Below, piece after piece: positions 37,601 through 46,443 of a stretch of 48,810 nt of DNA. The notes under the pieces are model-generated. The model was not told the origin of the DNA. It ran no database searches and worked only from the letters and a program-made list of their open reading frames with translations. A program made the position numbers and the translations under genes. Position 1 is the first letter of the stretch; every line of letters starts with the position of its first letter. Source of the DNA: Phycisphaerales bacterium (lineage in GTDB: Bacteria; Planctomycetota; Phycisphaerae; Phycisphaerales; Phycisphaeraceae); assembly GCA_038241095.1 (NCBI GenBank), contig JBBRGB010000001.1, positions 1-48,810 of the forward strand, in the 5' to 3' direction.

Positions 37601-38379
37601 ATGCAGTCGCAGCGAAAATCGCTTGGCCGTCTGGCCGCGTTCACTCTGATCGAACTTTTGGTGGTCATCAGCATCATCGCCTTGCTCATCGCCCTGCTCT
37701 TGCCGGCGCTGGGCGCGGCCCGTGAGGCGGCGCGCACCTCGACCTGCGCCGCGGGCCTCAAACAGATGGGCTTGTTGGTCAACATGTACCCCAATGATTA
37801 CAAGGAAGAATGCCTGCCCAACTGGACTAAGGTGCCCGGTGACGATGACCCGTGGTTTGAGGTGCTCGATGAGAATTATGTGAATCAGGCCCCGCGCACC
37901 GTGCCCACGCTCACCGGCACGGTCGATATGCGGCCACTGTTCATCTGCCCCAGCCAGGCGTTTAATCTCAACGTGGGGGTGAACTCCGAGACGCACTACG
38001 GCAAGAACAACTACATCAACATGCGGGGCACAACTTATCCCGACGCAGCGATTCAAGGCTGGGAACTCACCCGCCGGGTCTATCGCATCAGCCGGTTGAC
38101 CAACCCCAGCAAGCTGGTTTCCATCTCCGATTCGCTTTCGCCGAGTCAGAAAGACACGTCGATGGATTTGGATCCAGGCACGGACGTTACCCACGCCACG
38201 ACTGACCTGCCCCGTTGCCATTACATGGTGGGCCGGCACTTGAAAAATCCAACGTCCAGTATTACGACGGCCACGTCAGTCAGATGGAGGTGTACGACCT
38301 GCAAGCCAATCCGCACTGGTATTCGCTGGATTGGGACACCACTTGGCGTGACTACCGCGCCATTGGCAAGACCCCGTGA
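37601..38379 (+). pseudogene. DUF1559 / prepilin-like H-X9-DG protein with a single-base frameshift in an A5 run
   Basis: ATG at 37601. The N-terminus is [50 protein letters not shown]. After the A5 run at 38243-38247 the annotated frame becomes non-homologous. The +1 frame instead reads [18 protein letters not shown]...IGKTP and stops at 38377-38379. Restoring one A gives [12 protein letters not shown], exactly H-X9-DG. Confidence 0.75.
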
Positions 38380-38498
38380 TTTCCGGTCAAGCCGCAAGCA
38401 ACCAAGCACCAACGTTTCCCGCCCCGGTGGTTTACGCAGATTCTTCAACCTTGTCCCTCTTGACAGAGGACAAAACCTTCTACCCAAAGGGTATCGCC

Positions 38499-38996
38499 AT
38501 GCTCGCATCGCGTCTCTGGATTGTCACGCTTGTCTGTGGCTTGAGTCTTCTGCTCGCGGCCACCTCCCGCGCCGAAGCGCCGACCACCGTGTTGCCCAAC
38601 GGCGACTTCTCCAAGTTTGCCGATGGAGCCGCGGAGTTCTGGACGGAGAGTGAAGGTTGCGCAGCACGTTACGAAATGGACGGCGAACGCCGCATCGTGG
38701 TCATGGACAAGCCCTGCAACGGCTTTACCCAGTTGCTCAAGCTCGAACCGGAATGGAAGTCGCTGCAAGTGGTCGTCGCCATGCGCGCCAAGGATTTGCA
38801 ACTCGGCGCCGAGTCCTGGAATGACGCCCGCCTGGCGGTGCAATTCGAGGACGCCGATGGCAAGGTGGTCTTCGCCATGCGTCGCGGCAGTGCCGCCACC
38901 CCCGACGCCGACGCTGGCGCGGTGACAATGGAAAACGGCCAAGTCACGCTGGACATTCATCCCCTTGAGTTGGTGACGTTGCGAAGTAAACGCTGA
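38499..38996 (+). CDS. hypothetical secreted protein
   Basis: ATG at 38499. The signal peptide is [27 protein letters not shown]. The mature part is about 140 aa and reads as beta-rich. I recognise no family. The N-terminal extension of the track ORF (from 38376) overlaps the DUF1559 tail. Confidence 0.55.
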   Translation: MLASRLWIVTLVCGLSLLLAATSRAEAPTTVLPNGDFSKFADGAAEFWTESEGCAARYEMDGERRIVVMDKPCNGFTQLLKLEPEWKSLQVVVAMRAKDLQLGAESWNDARLAVQFEDADGKVVFAMRRGSAATPDADAGAVTMENGQVTLDIHPLELVTLRSKR

Positions 38997-39082
38997 TCTT
39001 TTCCGTCCTAAACGCGACCCTGAAATTGAACCAATGGCGCTAGCATTCGCCGCCAGACGACACGCAAAACGTCAATGCAATC

Positions 39083-39128
39083 AAGCCCACGGAAGAGCCG
39101 CCCAAATCGGCGTCTCATCCGTGGGTTT
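39083..39128 (+). repeat. conserved post-gene hairpin, family copy c
   Basis: AAGCCCACGGAAGAGCCGCC-caaatc-GGCGTCTCATCCGTGGGTTT is followed by a T-rich tail (GTGATTTATTCTT). It lies 87 nt after the stop at 38996. The core is in the opposite sense to copies a, b and d. Confidence 0.7.
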
Positions 39129-39197
39129 GTGATTTATTCTTCCACCACCCCATCAACATTCCGCAACCTTTTTTCAAGCCGCCGGTAGGATGAATTG

Positions 39198-39824
39198 ATG
39201 CAGGGAGGCGACGGTCAACTTCAACGGGGGGGCCGGGGGGGCCGGGAGGCGTGTGCCGTGGCCGAACCGGCGGACGCGGCGCTGATTCTTCAGGTCGCAC
39301 GGGGTGACCGCGCGGCCGGGGAAACGCTCATCAATCGCCATCAGGCCACGGTGCGTTCGTTTCTTCGCAAGCTGACCCGCCGGGATGACGTGGCGGATGA
39401 CTTGGCGCAGGAAACGTTTCTGCGCCTCTTGCGTTACGCGGAGAACTACGACCCGAAGTACCCGATGCGAACCTGGTTGCTGACCATCGCCCGGCGACTG
39501 TCGATTAACCGTCTGCGCCGGGCCGACACCAAACAAACCGCCCTGCCCGATGCGCCGCTGGTCTCCCGTGAACCCGACCCGGCCCAGGTCGTCGGTGATG
39601 ACGAGCACCGGCGACACCTGCGGCTGCGACTCGATAAAGCACTGTCGCAAATGACCGAGCCGCAGCGCACCGCCCTGACGCTCTTCCATCAGCAAGGCCT
39701 GTCGATCGAGGAGGTCGCCGCCGTGATGGAGTCGCCGACCGGCACGGTCAAGAGCCACCTGCACCGCGGGCGGGCGGCCATGCGAAGCATCCTGGAACAA
39801 GAACGCGAGGCACTGACACCATGA
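39198..39824 (+). CDS. ECF-type RNA polymerase sigma-70 family factor
   Basis: Region 2 reads AGETLINRHQATVRSFLRKLTRRDDVADDLAQETFLRLL. Region 4 reads LSQMTEPQRTALTLFHQQGLSIEEVAAVMESPTGTVKSHLHRGRAAM. The start is uncertain (TTG 39195, ATG 39198 or GTG 39258). The stop overlaps the next ATG (ATGA). Confidence 0.88.
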   Translation: MQGGDGQLQRGGRGGREACAVAEPADAALILQVARGDRAAGETLINRHQATVRSFLRKLTRRDDVADDLAQETFLRLLRYAENYDPKYPMRTWLLTIARRLSINRLRRADTKQTALPDAPLVSREPDPAQVVGDDEHRRHLRLRLDKALSQMTEPQRTALTLFHQQGLSIEEVAAVMESPTGTVKSHLHRGRAAMRSILEQEREALTP

Positions 39825-40486
39825 ACTGCCACGAGATTGAAAACATCTTGGAAGACGAGTTGAACGGTGAGCTTTCGCTGACCCAACTCGCGGCGATGGA
39901 GCAACACCTGCGAGATTGCCCTGCCTGCGCCGCCAAGCGAAAACAGGATGCCGCGTGGTTGGCGGTTCTCACGACCAGCGAGGCGGACGCCAACGATGAC
40001 GCCGCGGGGCGCGATGCCACCGCCTTCACCCAAGCCGTACTCGATCAGTGGCAACCCGCCCAAACCGCCTCGCGTCCCGTTCAAACACAACCGCCCCACC
40101 GCCTCCCTCGTTCACGGACCATGACGCATCGCTTCACACTCTACGTCGGCGTGGGTGCTCTGGCGGCGGCGATTGCCTTGGCCTTGCTCGTCGATCTGAA
40201 AATGCCGACCTCCCGCCACGGCCAACCGCAAGACCTCACCCCCGTCAGCGCCATGGCCCGCCAATTCACCAACGAAGCCCTGGTGCAACCGCAACGACTC
40301 TTGAGTGGTATGCACCAGACAAGCCGCCTGCTGGCATGGCGGCCCGACCCGGCAATGCTGCTGCCCGCCGGCATTCCCGACCCGGCCCAGTTCATCAGCC
40401 CGCGACAACAGCCCGACGACCGCACCCTCAATCACTTGCCGCAACAACCGCACAAACAGCCCAACCACCACGGAGACCCGCTATGA
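39821..40486 (+). CDS. anti-sigma factor (zf-HC2 type) with one transmembrane helix
   Basis: MNCHEIENILEDELNGELS...MEQHLRDCPACAAK contains the H-x3-C-x2-C motif. The TM segment is FTLYVGVGALAAAIALALLVDL. The tail is Pro/Gln-rich. The gene is translationally coupled to the sigma gene upstream and to the next gene downstream. Confidence 0.8.
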   Translation: MNCHEIENILEDELNGELSLTQLAAMEQHLRDCPACAAKRKQDAAWLAVLTTSEADANDDAAGRDATAFTQAVLDQWQPAQTASRPVQTQPPHRLPRSRTMTHRFTLYVGVGALAAAIALALLVDLKMPTSRHGQPQDLTPVSAMARQFTNEALVQPQRLLSGMHQTSRLLAWRPDPAMLLPAGIPDPAQFISPRQQPDDRTLNHLPQQPHKQPNHHGDPL

Positions 40487-42156
40487 CAATCGCCACCCCT
40501 CAACCTCGTTTCACCGGCCTCGCCCTGCTGCTGACTTGCATTCTCACTTTGGTCTTCGCCGCCAACGCCCGCGCTCAGGACGCCGCCAAGCTCGCGCCAC
40601 CCGAAGCGGCCGTGTTCATTCAGATCGACGACCTGGCGACCCTCCGCGCCGATTACGCCAACGACCCGCTCATCACCGAGCTACGCAAGCGGTTGAATCT
40701 TGACCGCGAGCCTGAAGGCTGGGTGCTGCTCAAGGCCGCGATGGGCATGAACTCGGCCGAGCTCATCGACACCTACTTCGGCAAGTCGCTGGTGCTCATC
40801 GCCAAGGAGGAAGGTGACGGCAAGCCGGGGGTGATTCTCTCCCGCGTCAAGCCCGCCGCCGCTCAGGATGTCATCACCAGCCTGGCTTTGCGGCAAGTGC
40901 GATCCTTCGGCGACTTTACTCTCTACACCAACGACCTGGGCGACCTGAACCTCGCTTTCTCCAACGAGTGGATGGCTTTCAGCGACGTGGCCCACGCCAA
41001 GTACATGGAAGAGGTTTTGTCGCGCGACGCCAAGGCCAAATCGCTGGCGGATGACAAGACGTTTGCCGCGTGGATGAAGAAGATGCCCGCCGAGCGCTTC
41101 GGCACCGCCTTCATCCGCAAGCCCGCCGATGACGCCACCGGCAAAGGCCCCGAAACGCACGCCTTGGCGCTGGTGAGAAAAGATCAGACCATCACCGCGC
41201 GTTACATCGGTTCGACTTCCGACATTGCCAACCTGCTGGTGGCGATGCCCCAACGCGGGACGATGAACCTCGGCCCCGTGCCAGCGGGCGTCATGGCGGC
41301 GGTGAGTGTCAACATTCAGCCCAAGGCCCCCAAGGACAGCCGCATGATCGACCGTGTGCTGGCGCCCAAGACGCTGGCCGGCGATGTGCTGCCCAAGATC
41401 GGCGATAGCATCGTGCTTTTCGCTGCCGCCGCGCCTCTTGAAACCGCCAAGACCGCCGAGGCCCCCGTGGTTGCCAACGATGTCGACGCGGCCGTCGTTC
41501 CGCTCGCCCTGCCCATGCTCGGCTTGGCCGTTGAACTCAAAGACCCGTCGGTCACCCCCCAACTCGACCGCATCTTAAACAGCGCTCTGCTGCTCTTGAA
41601 CCTCAAGACCGTGGAGTGGGAAATCGACCCCATCACCCTGGGCACGGCCACCCACATCGCCACCACCTATCACACCGCCGACTTGGGCACGCCCATGTCG
41701 CAACGCGCCCAGCGCCCGGAACTCAAGCAACTCCAACTCGCCTTCGGACAGGTCGGCTCGTGGTACGTGCTAACGACCAATCCCGCGCTGATGAATCAGA
41801 CCATCGACGCCATCGTCCCGCCCCCGACTTCGCCCGCCGTGGCCACCGGGGCAAAACTCGTTAACGAACCGGCGCTGACCGACTTGGGCCTCAAGGCCAA
41901 GGACGGCCTCATGGCCACCGCCCTGATGCGAACCCCGGCCATCGCCGCCCAACTCCAAGCCATCCATGCCGCGTGGGAAGTCCGCACCGGCGATGACAGC
42001 GTCCCGGCCAAGCCCCGGCAAGCGCGGATCATGCGGGCCGTCAACACCGCCGTGTTGGTCCTGGAGCACTTCCAAACCGCGGGCCTGCAACTGTCGGCCA
42101 TCGACGACAACACCATCACCATCGATCTGACGCTCCAACGCAAAGCGGCGGAATGA
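40483..42156 (+). CDS. hypothetical secreted protein (557 aa), third gene of the ECF module
   Basis: The ATG at 40483 overlaps the anti-sigma stop (ATGA at 40483-40486). The signal peptide is MTIATPQPRFTGLALLLTCILTLVFAANARAQD. The track ORF from 40048 runs through the anti-sigma gene in another frame and is rejected. Confidence 0.7.
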   Translation: MTIATPQPRFTGLALLLTCILTLVFAANARAQDAAKLAPPEAAVFIQIDDLATLRADYANDPLITELRKRLNLDREPEGWVLLKAAMGMNSAELIDTYFGKSLVLIAKEEGDGKPGVILSRVKPAAAQDVITSLALRQVRSFGDFTLYTNDLGDLNLAFSNEWMAFSDVAHAKYMEEVLSRDAKAKSLADDKTFAAWMKKMPAERFGTAFIRKPADDATGKGPETHALALVRKDQTITARYIGSTSDIANLLVAMPQRGTMNLGPVPAGVMAAVSVNIQPKAPKDSRMIDRVLAPKTLAGDVLPKIGDSIVLFAAAAPLETAKTAEAPVVANDVDAAVVPLALPMLGLAVELKDPSVTPQLDRILNSALLLLNLKTVEWEIDPITLGTATHIATTYHTADLGTPMSQRAQRPELKQLQLAFGQVGSWYVLTTNPALMNQTIDAIVPPPTSPAVATGAKLVNEPALTDLGLKAKDGLMATALMRTPAIAAQLQAIHAAWEVRTGDDSVPAKPRQARIMRAVNTAVLVLEHFQTAGLQLSAIDDNTITIDLTLQRKAAE

Positions 42157-42234
42157 CGGCTGGAGGATGGCAAAAAAACTCACACTCGCCGGACGCAACC
42201 CAATGGAACGCAAAAGTCCGTGGAGATGACCGGC

Positions 42235-42437
42235 ATCGCCCCGCCAGGGCAAACGCATGTGGATTTACAGGACAGCCAAGCCACGAGCCGCGCACGAAGT
42301 AAGCGGTGGGTTACTCAGGCGAACGTTGCTCAAATCCCGCTTACTGCGTGTGCGGATCTTTGTGGCACCGCTGCGTTCCCTCGCGGATCGCAAAGTGGTG
42401 TTATTGTCGGTACATGCGTTTGCCCTGATCGCCCCGC
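42235..42437 (+). mobile_element. MITE-like non-autonomous element (183 bp, 16-bp perfect TIRs) with a 10-bp target-site duplication
   Basis: The layout is ATCGCCCCGC (42235-42244), CAGGGCAAACGCATGT (42245-42260), the element body, ACATGCGTTTGCCCTG (42412-42427), then ATCGCCCCGC (42428-42437). An internal 19-nt hairpin pairs 42288-42306 with 42337-42355. There is no credible ORF. Confidence 0.7.
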
Positions 42438-42493
42438 CCGAGGCCTTGACAAGGAAACCCCATTGAAAGATGCCACACGGCATCCCGTGTTGC

Positions 42494-43876
42494 TTACGCC
42501 GAGGGCATGTCCACGATGCGGATGCGGACGGGCGTGCCGTCGATGACTTCCAAGGCTTCGATTTGTTTAAGCGCCTGCCGCAACGCGCCGGCTTGGCAGC
42601 GGTGGGTCAGCACCACCACGGGGACGAAGTTCCCCGCGTTGCTTTCGTGTTGCATCACAGCGGAAAGGCTGATGCCCGCTTGCCCAAGCGTCTCAGTGAT
42701 CCGCGCCATGGTGCCGGGCTTGTCCAATGAGTTGATGCGCAGGTAGAACCGGCTGGCCTGTTGATCACGCTCCACCAGCTTCGCCGGGGGCTGTTGATCG
42801 GCCCAAAGCCGCATGGCGGCGAAGGCGCGGGGATACGACCCGCCCACAATGTTGAGCACATCCCCCACCACCGCGCTGGCCGTGGGCAAGGCCCCCGCGC
42901 CGCGACCAAAATACATCGTCTGCCCCGTGGCGTGACCGTACACCGACAACGCATTGAACGGCCCATGCACCTGCGCCAAGGGCACGCTCTTGTGAATGAA
43001 GCAAGGCTCCACCGTCAGCGACAGGCCTTGGTTCTCAAGGTTCGCCTCCGTGCCCGTGCCCTCGCGCTGGGCGATGCCCAGGAGTTTGATGTCGTAGCCC
43101 ATTTCGCCGGCGAAACGGATGTCCGCCAGGTCGAGTTTATCGATGCCCGTGACCGCCACTTGCGTTCCCTTGACCGCGACGCCGAAGGCCAGCGAGGCCA
43201 GCACGGCCAGCTTTTGGGCCGCGTCCATGCCCGATACGTCAAGGGTCGGATCGGCCTCGGCGTAACCACTGGCCTGGGCCTCGGACAGGGCCGTGGCATA
43301 GGACTTTTTGGCCTGCGTCATTTCGGTGAGGATGTAGTTGCAAGTGCCGTTTAAGATGCCGTAGAGGGCGTCGATGCGGTTGGCCATCAGGCCCGCGTAA
43401 AGGGCGGTGATGACGGGAATGCCCCCGCAGCAGGAGGCCTCAAAGGCGACGCTGACGTTGTGCTTACGCGCCAGGGCGAAAAGCTCGGGGCCTTGTTGGG
43501 CCAGCAGGCTCTTGTTGGCGGTAACGACATGCTTGCCAGCTTCGAGGGCGCGACGAACATGGCGCTCAATAGGCCCCGCGCCCCCGGCGACCTCGATGAC
43601 GATCTCCATGTCGGTGGCGAAAAAAGCTTCGGCGTCATCGGTGAAAACATCGGCCTTCATCCCCGGCCGCCCCGGCCCGCCACTGGCCGGCAACCCCGCG
43701 CGGTGCTTGGCGGCATCGCGCACCAGCACCTTGCGCAGTTCGAGACGGCAACCCGTGCGCTGGGTGTAAAGGGCCGCCTGTTCATGGAGCAGTCGCGCCA
43801 CCCCGCCGCCGACCGTGCCGCAACCGATCATGCCGATGCCGATGGACTTGCCGTTTGCCTGGTCATTCGTCGTCAT
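42494..43876 (-). CDS. hom: homoserine dehydrogenase
   Basis: From the ATG at 43876 the translation starts MTTNDQANGKSIGIGMIGCGTVGGGVARLL. It also contains VVTANK.LLA, LNGTCNYILT.M and a C-terminal ACT-like domain (RFYLRINSLDKPGTMARITETLGQAGISL). Confidence 0.92.
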   Translation of the reverse strand: MTTNDQANGKSIGIGMIGCGTVGGGVARLLHEQAALYTQRTGCRLELRKVLVRDAAKHRAGLPASGGPGRPGMKADVFTDDAEAFFATDMEIVIEVAGGAGPIERHVRRALEAGKHVVTANKSLLAQQGPELFALARKHNVSVAFEASCCGGIPVITALYAGLMANRIDALYGILNGTCNYILTEMTQAKKSYATALSEAQASGYAEADPTLDVSGMDAAQKLAVLASLAFGVAVKGTQVAVTGIDKLDLADIRFAGEMGYDIKLLGIAQREGTGTEANLENQGLSLTVEPCFIHKSVPLAQVHGPFNALSVYGHATGQTMYFGRGAGALPTASAVVGDVLNIVGGSYPRAFAAMRLWADQQPPAKLVERDQQASRFYLRINSLDKPGTMARITETLGQAGISLSAVMQHESNAGNFVPVVVLTHRCQAGALRQALKQIEALEVIDGTPVRIRIVDMPSA

Positions 43877-43986
43877 GGAAGCACCTTTCAATCACATCCC
43901 ACTCGCTAGTTTCACGCTTGCGGTTTAGCGTCCCTCAAAGGCAGGGAAGGATAACACAACCGTTACTCGTAAAACGTCACCCCCCG

Positions 43987-44820
43987 TCACCACGGCACGA
44001 CATTTTCAATATGGTCCGTCTGCCGCCCCGGCAGCGGCCCCCGCCGCAATGTATAGACCGGCAGATGGGGCCGACAGAACAACCGCAAGGCCAGCCAACT
44101 CTCACCCAGCCCGCGTGACACGGCGCAAAGCGTGCGGCGATGGCGGAGGATGCCCGAACTGAGCCTCAGGGGCAGGTCGCTGGAGTTCATCAGGGGCAAG
44201 TTGCCCGGCAGGCGCAGTTGTCCGCCATGCGTGTGGCCGGAGAACATGATGTCGCCGCCCATGTCCGCCACGGTGGGGAGATACATGGGGTAATGGCAAA
44301 GCACCAGCCGCAGCGGTGGGGGTGGCTTACCCTGGCGGTGGGGTTCGGACGCGGTTACAAGGCCCTGCCGCTCCATGTTCGCCAGCAAGGCCAAGGCGTC
44401 CAAGTGGCGGTGATTGTGGGATTCAAAGCCCATGACCTGGATGGTGCCGTCGGCGAAGGTCACGCATTCATCCGCCAGCCAGCGCACCGGCAGGTCGCGG
44501 GTCATGCGGCGAATGGCCCAGGAATCGTGGTTGCCGAATACGCCCAGTGTGCCCAAGCGGGGCTTAAGCTTAGCCGTGAGGGCGTCGAGCATGGCCAAGG
44601 CGTTGGTTTCGTCGCCGGACCGGTTCATGTAATCGCCGGTGAGGAAGAAGAAATCGACTTGCCCGGCAAGGTCGGCAGCCTCGGCGATAATGCGTTGGTG
44701 GCGGCGTTTTGGCCGACCCACGTGCAGGTCGCTGACATGCGCGATGCGCAGGCCGTCCAAGGCGGGGGGCAAGTCCGGCAGGGTGAGCGAAACCTCATCA
44801 ATCAGCGACGATGACGCCAT
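43987..44820 (-). CDS. calcineurin-like metallophosphoesterase (YaeI-like)
   Basis: From the ATG at 44820. Contains LRIAHVSDLHVG, FFLTGDYMN, VFGNHD and MFSGHTHGGQLRLPG, the classic metallophosphoesterase motif series. Confidence 0.85.
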   Translation of the reverse strand: MASSSLIDEVSLTLPDLPPALDGLRIAHVSDLHVGRPKRRHQRIIAEAADLAGQVDFFFLTGDYMNRSGDETNALAMLDALTAKLKPRLGTLGVFGNHDSWAIRRMTRDLPVRWLADECVTFADGTIQVMGFESHNHRHLDALALLANMERQGLVTASEPHRQGKPPPPLRLVLCHYPMYLPTVADMGGDIMFSGHTHGGQLRLPGNLPLMNSSDLPLRLSSGILRHRRTLCAVSRGLGESWLALRLFCRPHLPVYTLRRGPLPGRQTDHIENVVPW

Positions 44821-44920
44821 GCGGTCATGGTACAGCGCGGAGCGAACGCTTCGACACCGTTTGAGCGTTGCCCAACGAAGCACAAGGGCTGCTTTCGCGG
44901 GCTGAGTGGGCGTCAGCGAT

Positions 44921-45274
44921 TCAGGCCTTTTCAACTTCACGCTTGCGCATGACCTTGTTCATCACCTTGACCACCATGAACACCGAGAACGCCACGATGA
45001 CGAACTCCACGACGGTGTTGATGAACTGGCCGTAAAGCATCGCCACTTCGGGCGAAGCCTTGACGCCCTCGGCGGCCACCACGGCGGGCTTGAGCACCAC
45101 CCGCAAATCCTTAAACGGCACGCCCTGAATCAACATGCCAATGGGCGGCATGATCAGGTCGTTGACCAGCGATTGCACGATCTTGTTAAACGCCACGCCC
45201 AGCACAATGCCCACCGCCATGTCGATGACGTTGCCCTTGACGGCGAATTCCTTGAATTCCTGAAGTAAGCTCAT
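44921..45274 (-). CDS. mscL: large-conductance mechanosensitive channel
   Basis: From the ATG at 45274 the translation is [46 protein letters not shown]...[23 protein letters not shown], a canonical MscL. Confidence 0.93.
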   Translation of the reverse strand: MSLLQEFKEFAVKGNVIDMAVGIVLGVAFNKIVQSLVNDLIMPPIGMLIQGVPFKDLRVVLKPAVVAAEGVKASPEVAMLYGQFINTVVEFVIVAFSVFMVVKVMNKVMRKREVEKA

Positions 45275-45478
45275 GAGATGCGACCCTCTACTGGGAAAGT
45301 TGTTGTCGCTCCTCCGACGGGAGAAGCTGGAGCCATGATAAACAGGGCGGAGGCAAGAAAGCAAATGCTTTTGAAGCATTCTTGGAAGCGATGGTGCTTG
45401 GAGGGGGTGGGAAATATGTGTGCCGTTTGGCAAGCCACGGGGCCTGACTGCCCCGCAAAAAGAGTCTCTAAAGACCAA

Positions 45479-46342
45479 TCACAGTGGTGGCGTCACTTGC
45501 GTGAAGTGGTAGAGGAAGACTGCGGTGGCCGAGGCGATGTTGAGCGAATCGGTGCCGCGTTGCATGGGGATGGTCACCCGTCGCTGACACAGCGCCACGT
45601 GGCGGGGATCGAGGCCTTGGGCTTCGCACCCGATGACCACCGCCAATCGGGGGCCGCGTTGGGCTTGCGACAGGGGTTGAGCGCCGTCGTCGGTCACCGC
45701 CGCCACGAGGTCGAAGGCGAACTCGTCGCGCAAACGCAAGAGGTCGGCGTCAATGTCGGCGCTGCGGACGATGGGCAGGGAGAAGATGGTTCCCATGCTC
45801 ACCCGCACCGAGCGACGCCAGAAGGGGTCGCAGGACTGCTGGCCCAGCACCAGGGCCTCGACGCCCAAGGCGGTCGCCACCCGCATCAGAGCGCCGAGGT
45901 TTTCGTGGTTCATCACTTCGGGGCAAACCAGCAGCGTCAGAGGGGGGGCGGGATTTATTGGGTTGAGGGAATCAGCGACAACCTCATCCAACGTCGCGGC
46001 GCGTCCCCGCCAAGCGCAGGCCAGGATACCGGAGTGGAACTTAAAGCCGATAACCTGGGTCATCAACGTTTCGTGGACGGTGTAAACAGGCACCTCGGCG
46101 GGCACTTCGTCGGCGATGCGCGACACGCGCTTTTCCGAGACCAGTAGGCTGTGAATTTGGAAACCGCTGGCCAGCATTCGCCGCACCAGATGTTCGCCTT
46201 GGACGATGAACAATCCGCCGCGACCCGTTGCCCCGTCGCCGGGCTGATCCACCATTGCCGCCAATTCACGGTCTTTGAGATCGCGGTAGGGCGTCAGGCG
46301 TTCATCGTCGAGGCTGTCAATGGGGTGGAGGTTCCGGGGCAT
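45479..46342 (-). CDS. TrmH/SpoU-family RNA 2'-O-methyltransferase
   Basis: Contains LLVCPEVMNHENLGALMRVATALGVEALVLG, VIGCEAQGL and VTIPMQRGTDSLNIASATAVFLYHF, the SpoU methylase motifs 1-3. Confidence 0.85.
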   Translation of the reverse strand: MPRNLHPIDSLDDERLTPYRDLKDRELAAMVDQPGDGATGRGGLFIVQGEHLVRRMLASGFQIHSLLVSEKRVSRIADEVPAEVPVYTVHETLMTQVIGFKFHSGILACAWRGRAATLDEVVADSLNPINPAPPLTLLVCPEVMNHENLGALMRVATALGVEALVLGQQSCDPFWRRSVRVSMGTIFSLPIVRSADIDADLLRLRDEFAFDLVAAVTDDGAQPLSQAQRGPRLAVVIGCEAQGLDPRHVALCQRRVTIPMQRGTDSLNIASATAVFLYHFTQVTPPL

Positions 46343-46435
46343 GGCCGGATGAGTTTAAGTCAATGCAAGCCCACGGGGCTTGACGGCAACCGCCAAAAGG
46401 TGATTCCGCTTCTTCTCACCCCGCCCCCTTGGCGT

Positions 46436-46443
46436 GCCGATAA
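46436..46443 (+). promoter_or_regulatory. exact match to the sigma-28 (FliA) -10 consensus GCCGATAA upstream of motA
   Basis: GCCGATAA at 46436-46443 lies 65 nt upstream of the motA GTG. No convincing TAAA -35 element is seen at the canonical 15-nt spacing. Confidence 0.3.

Noticed and set aside
35387-38239. 950-aa ORF on the minus strand, the longest ORF in the track
   Set aside because: It is entirely antisense to the well-supported PEP-CTERM repeat protein and the DUF1559 gene. Its translation is Gly/Ala/Arg/Val-rich low complexity with no recognisable motif. Long antisense ORFs of this kind are expected in very GC-rich DNA.
40048-40482. N-terminal 145-aa extension of the 702-aa track ORF
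   Set aside because: It overlaps the anti-sigma factor gene in another frame and is Pro/Arg/Ala-rich. An ATG at 40483 with a classic signal peptide and an ATGA overlap gives a coherent gene model.
42200-42225. AAAAGTCCG string reminiscent of the RNase P RNA GGAAAGUCCGG core
   Set aside because: Only a 7-8 nt partial match is present. There are no P4 partner sequences or other conserved RNase P blocks nearby.
42220-42546. 108-aa ORF spanning the MITE-like element. The related peptide GQTHVD.Q.SQATSRARSK is also encoded at the end of antisense ORF 13938-14651.
   Set aside because: The shared peptide reflects the shared DNA repeat. There is no ribosome-binding site or start context. The ORF runs across the TIR and the TSD, and its composition is non-coding-like.
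44926-44945. CACGCTTGCGCA inside the mscL 3' end, resembling the CGCTTGCG loop motif of the spacer repeats
   Set aside because: It lies within a well-conserved coding sequence (the ..MRKREVEKA tail). The match is only 8-10 nt and is likely coincidental.
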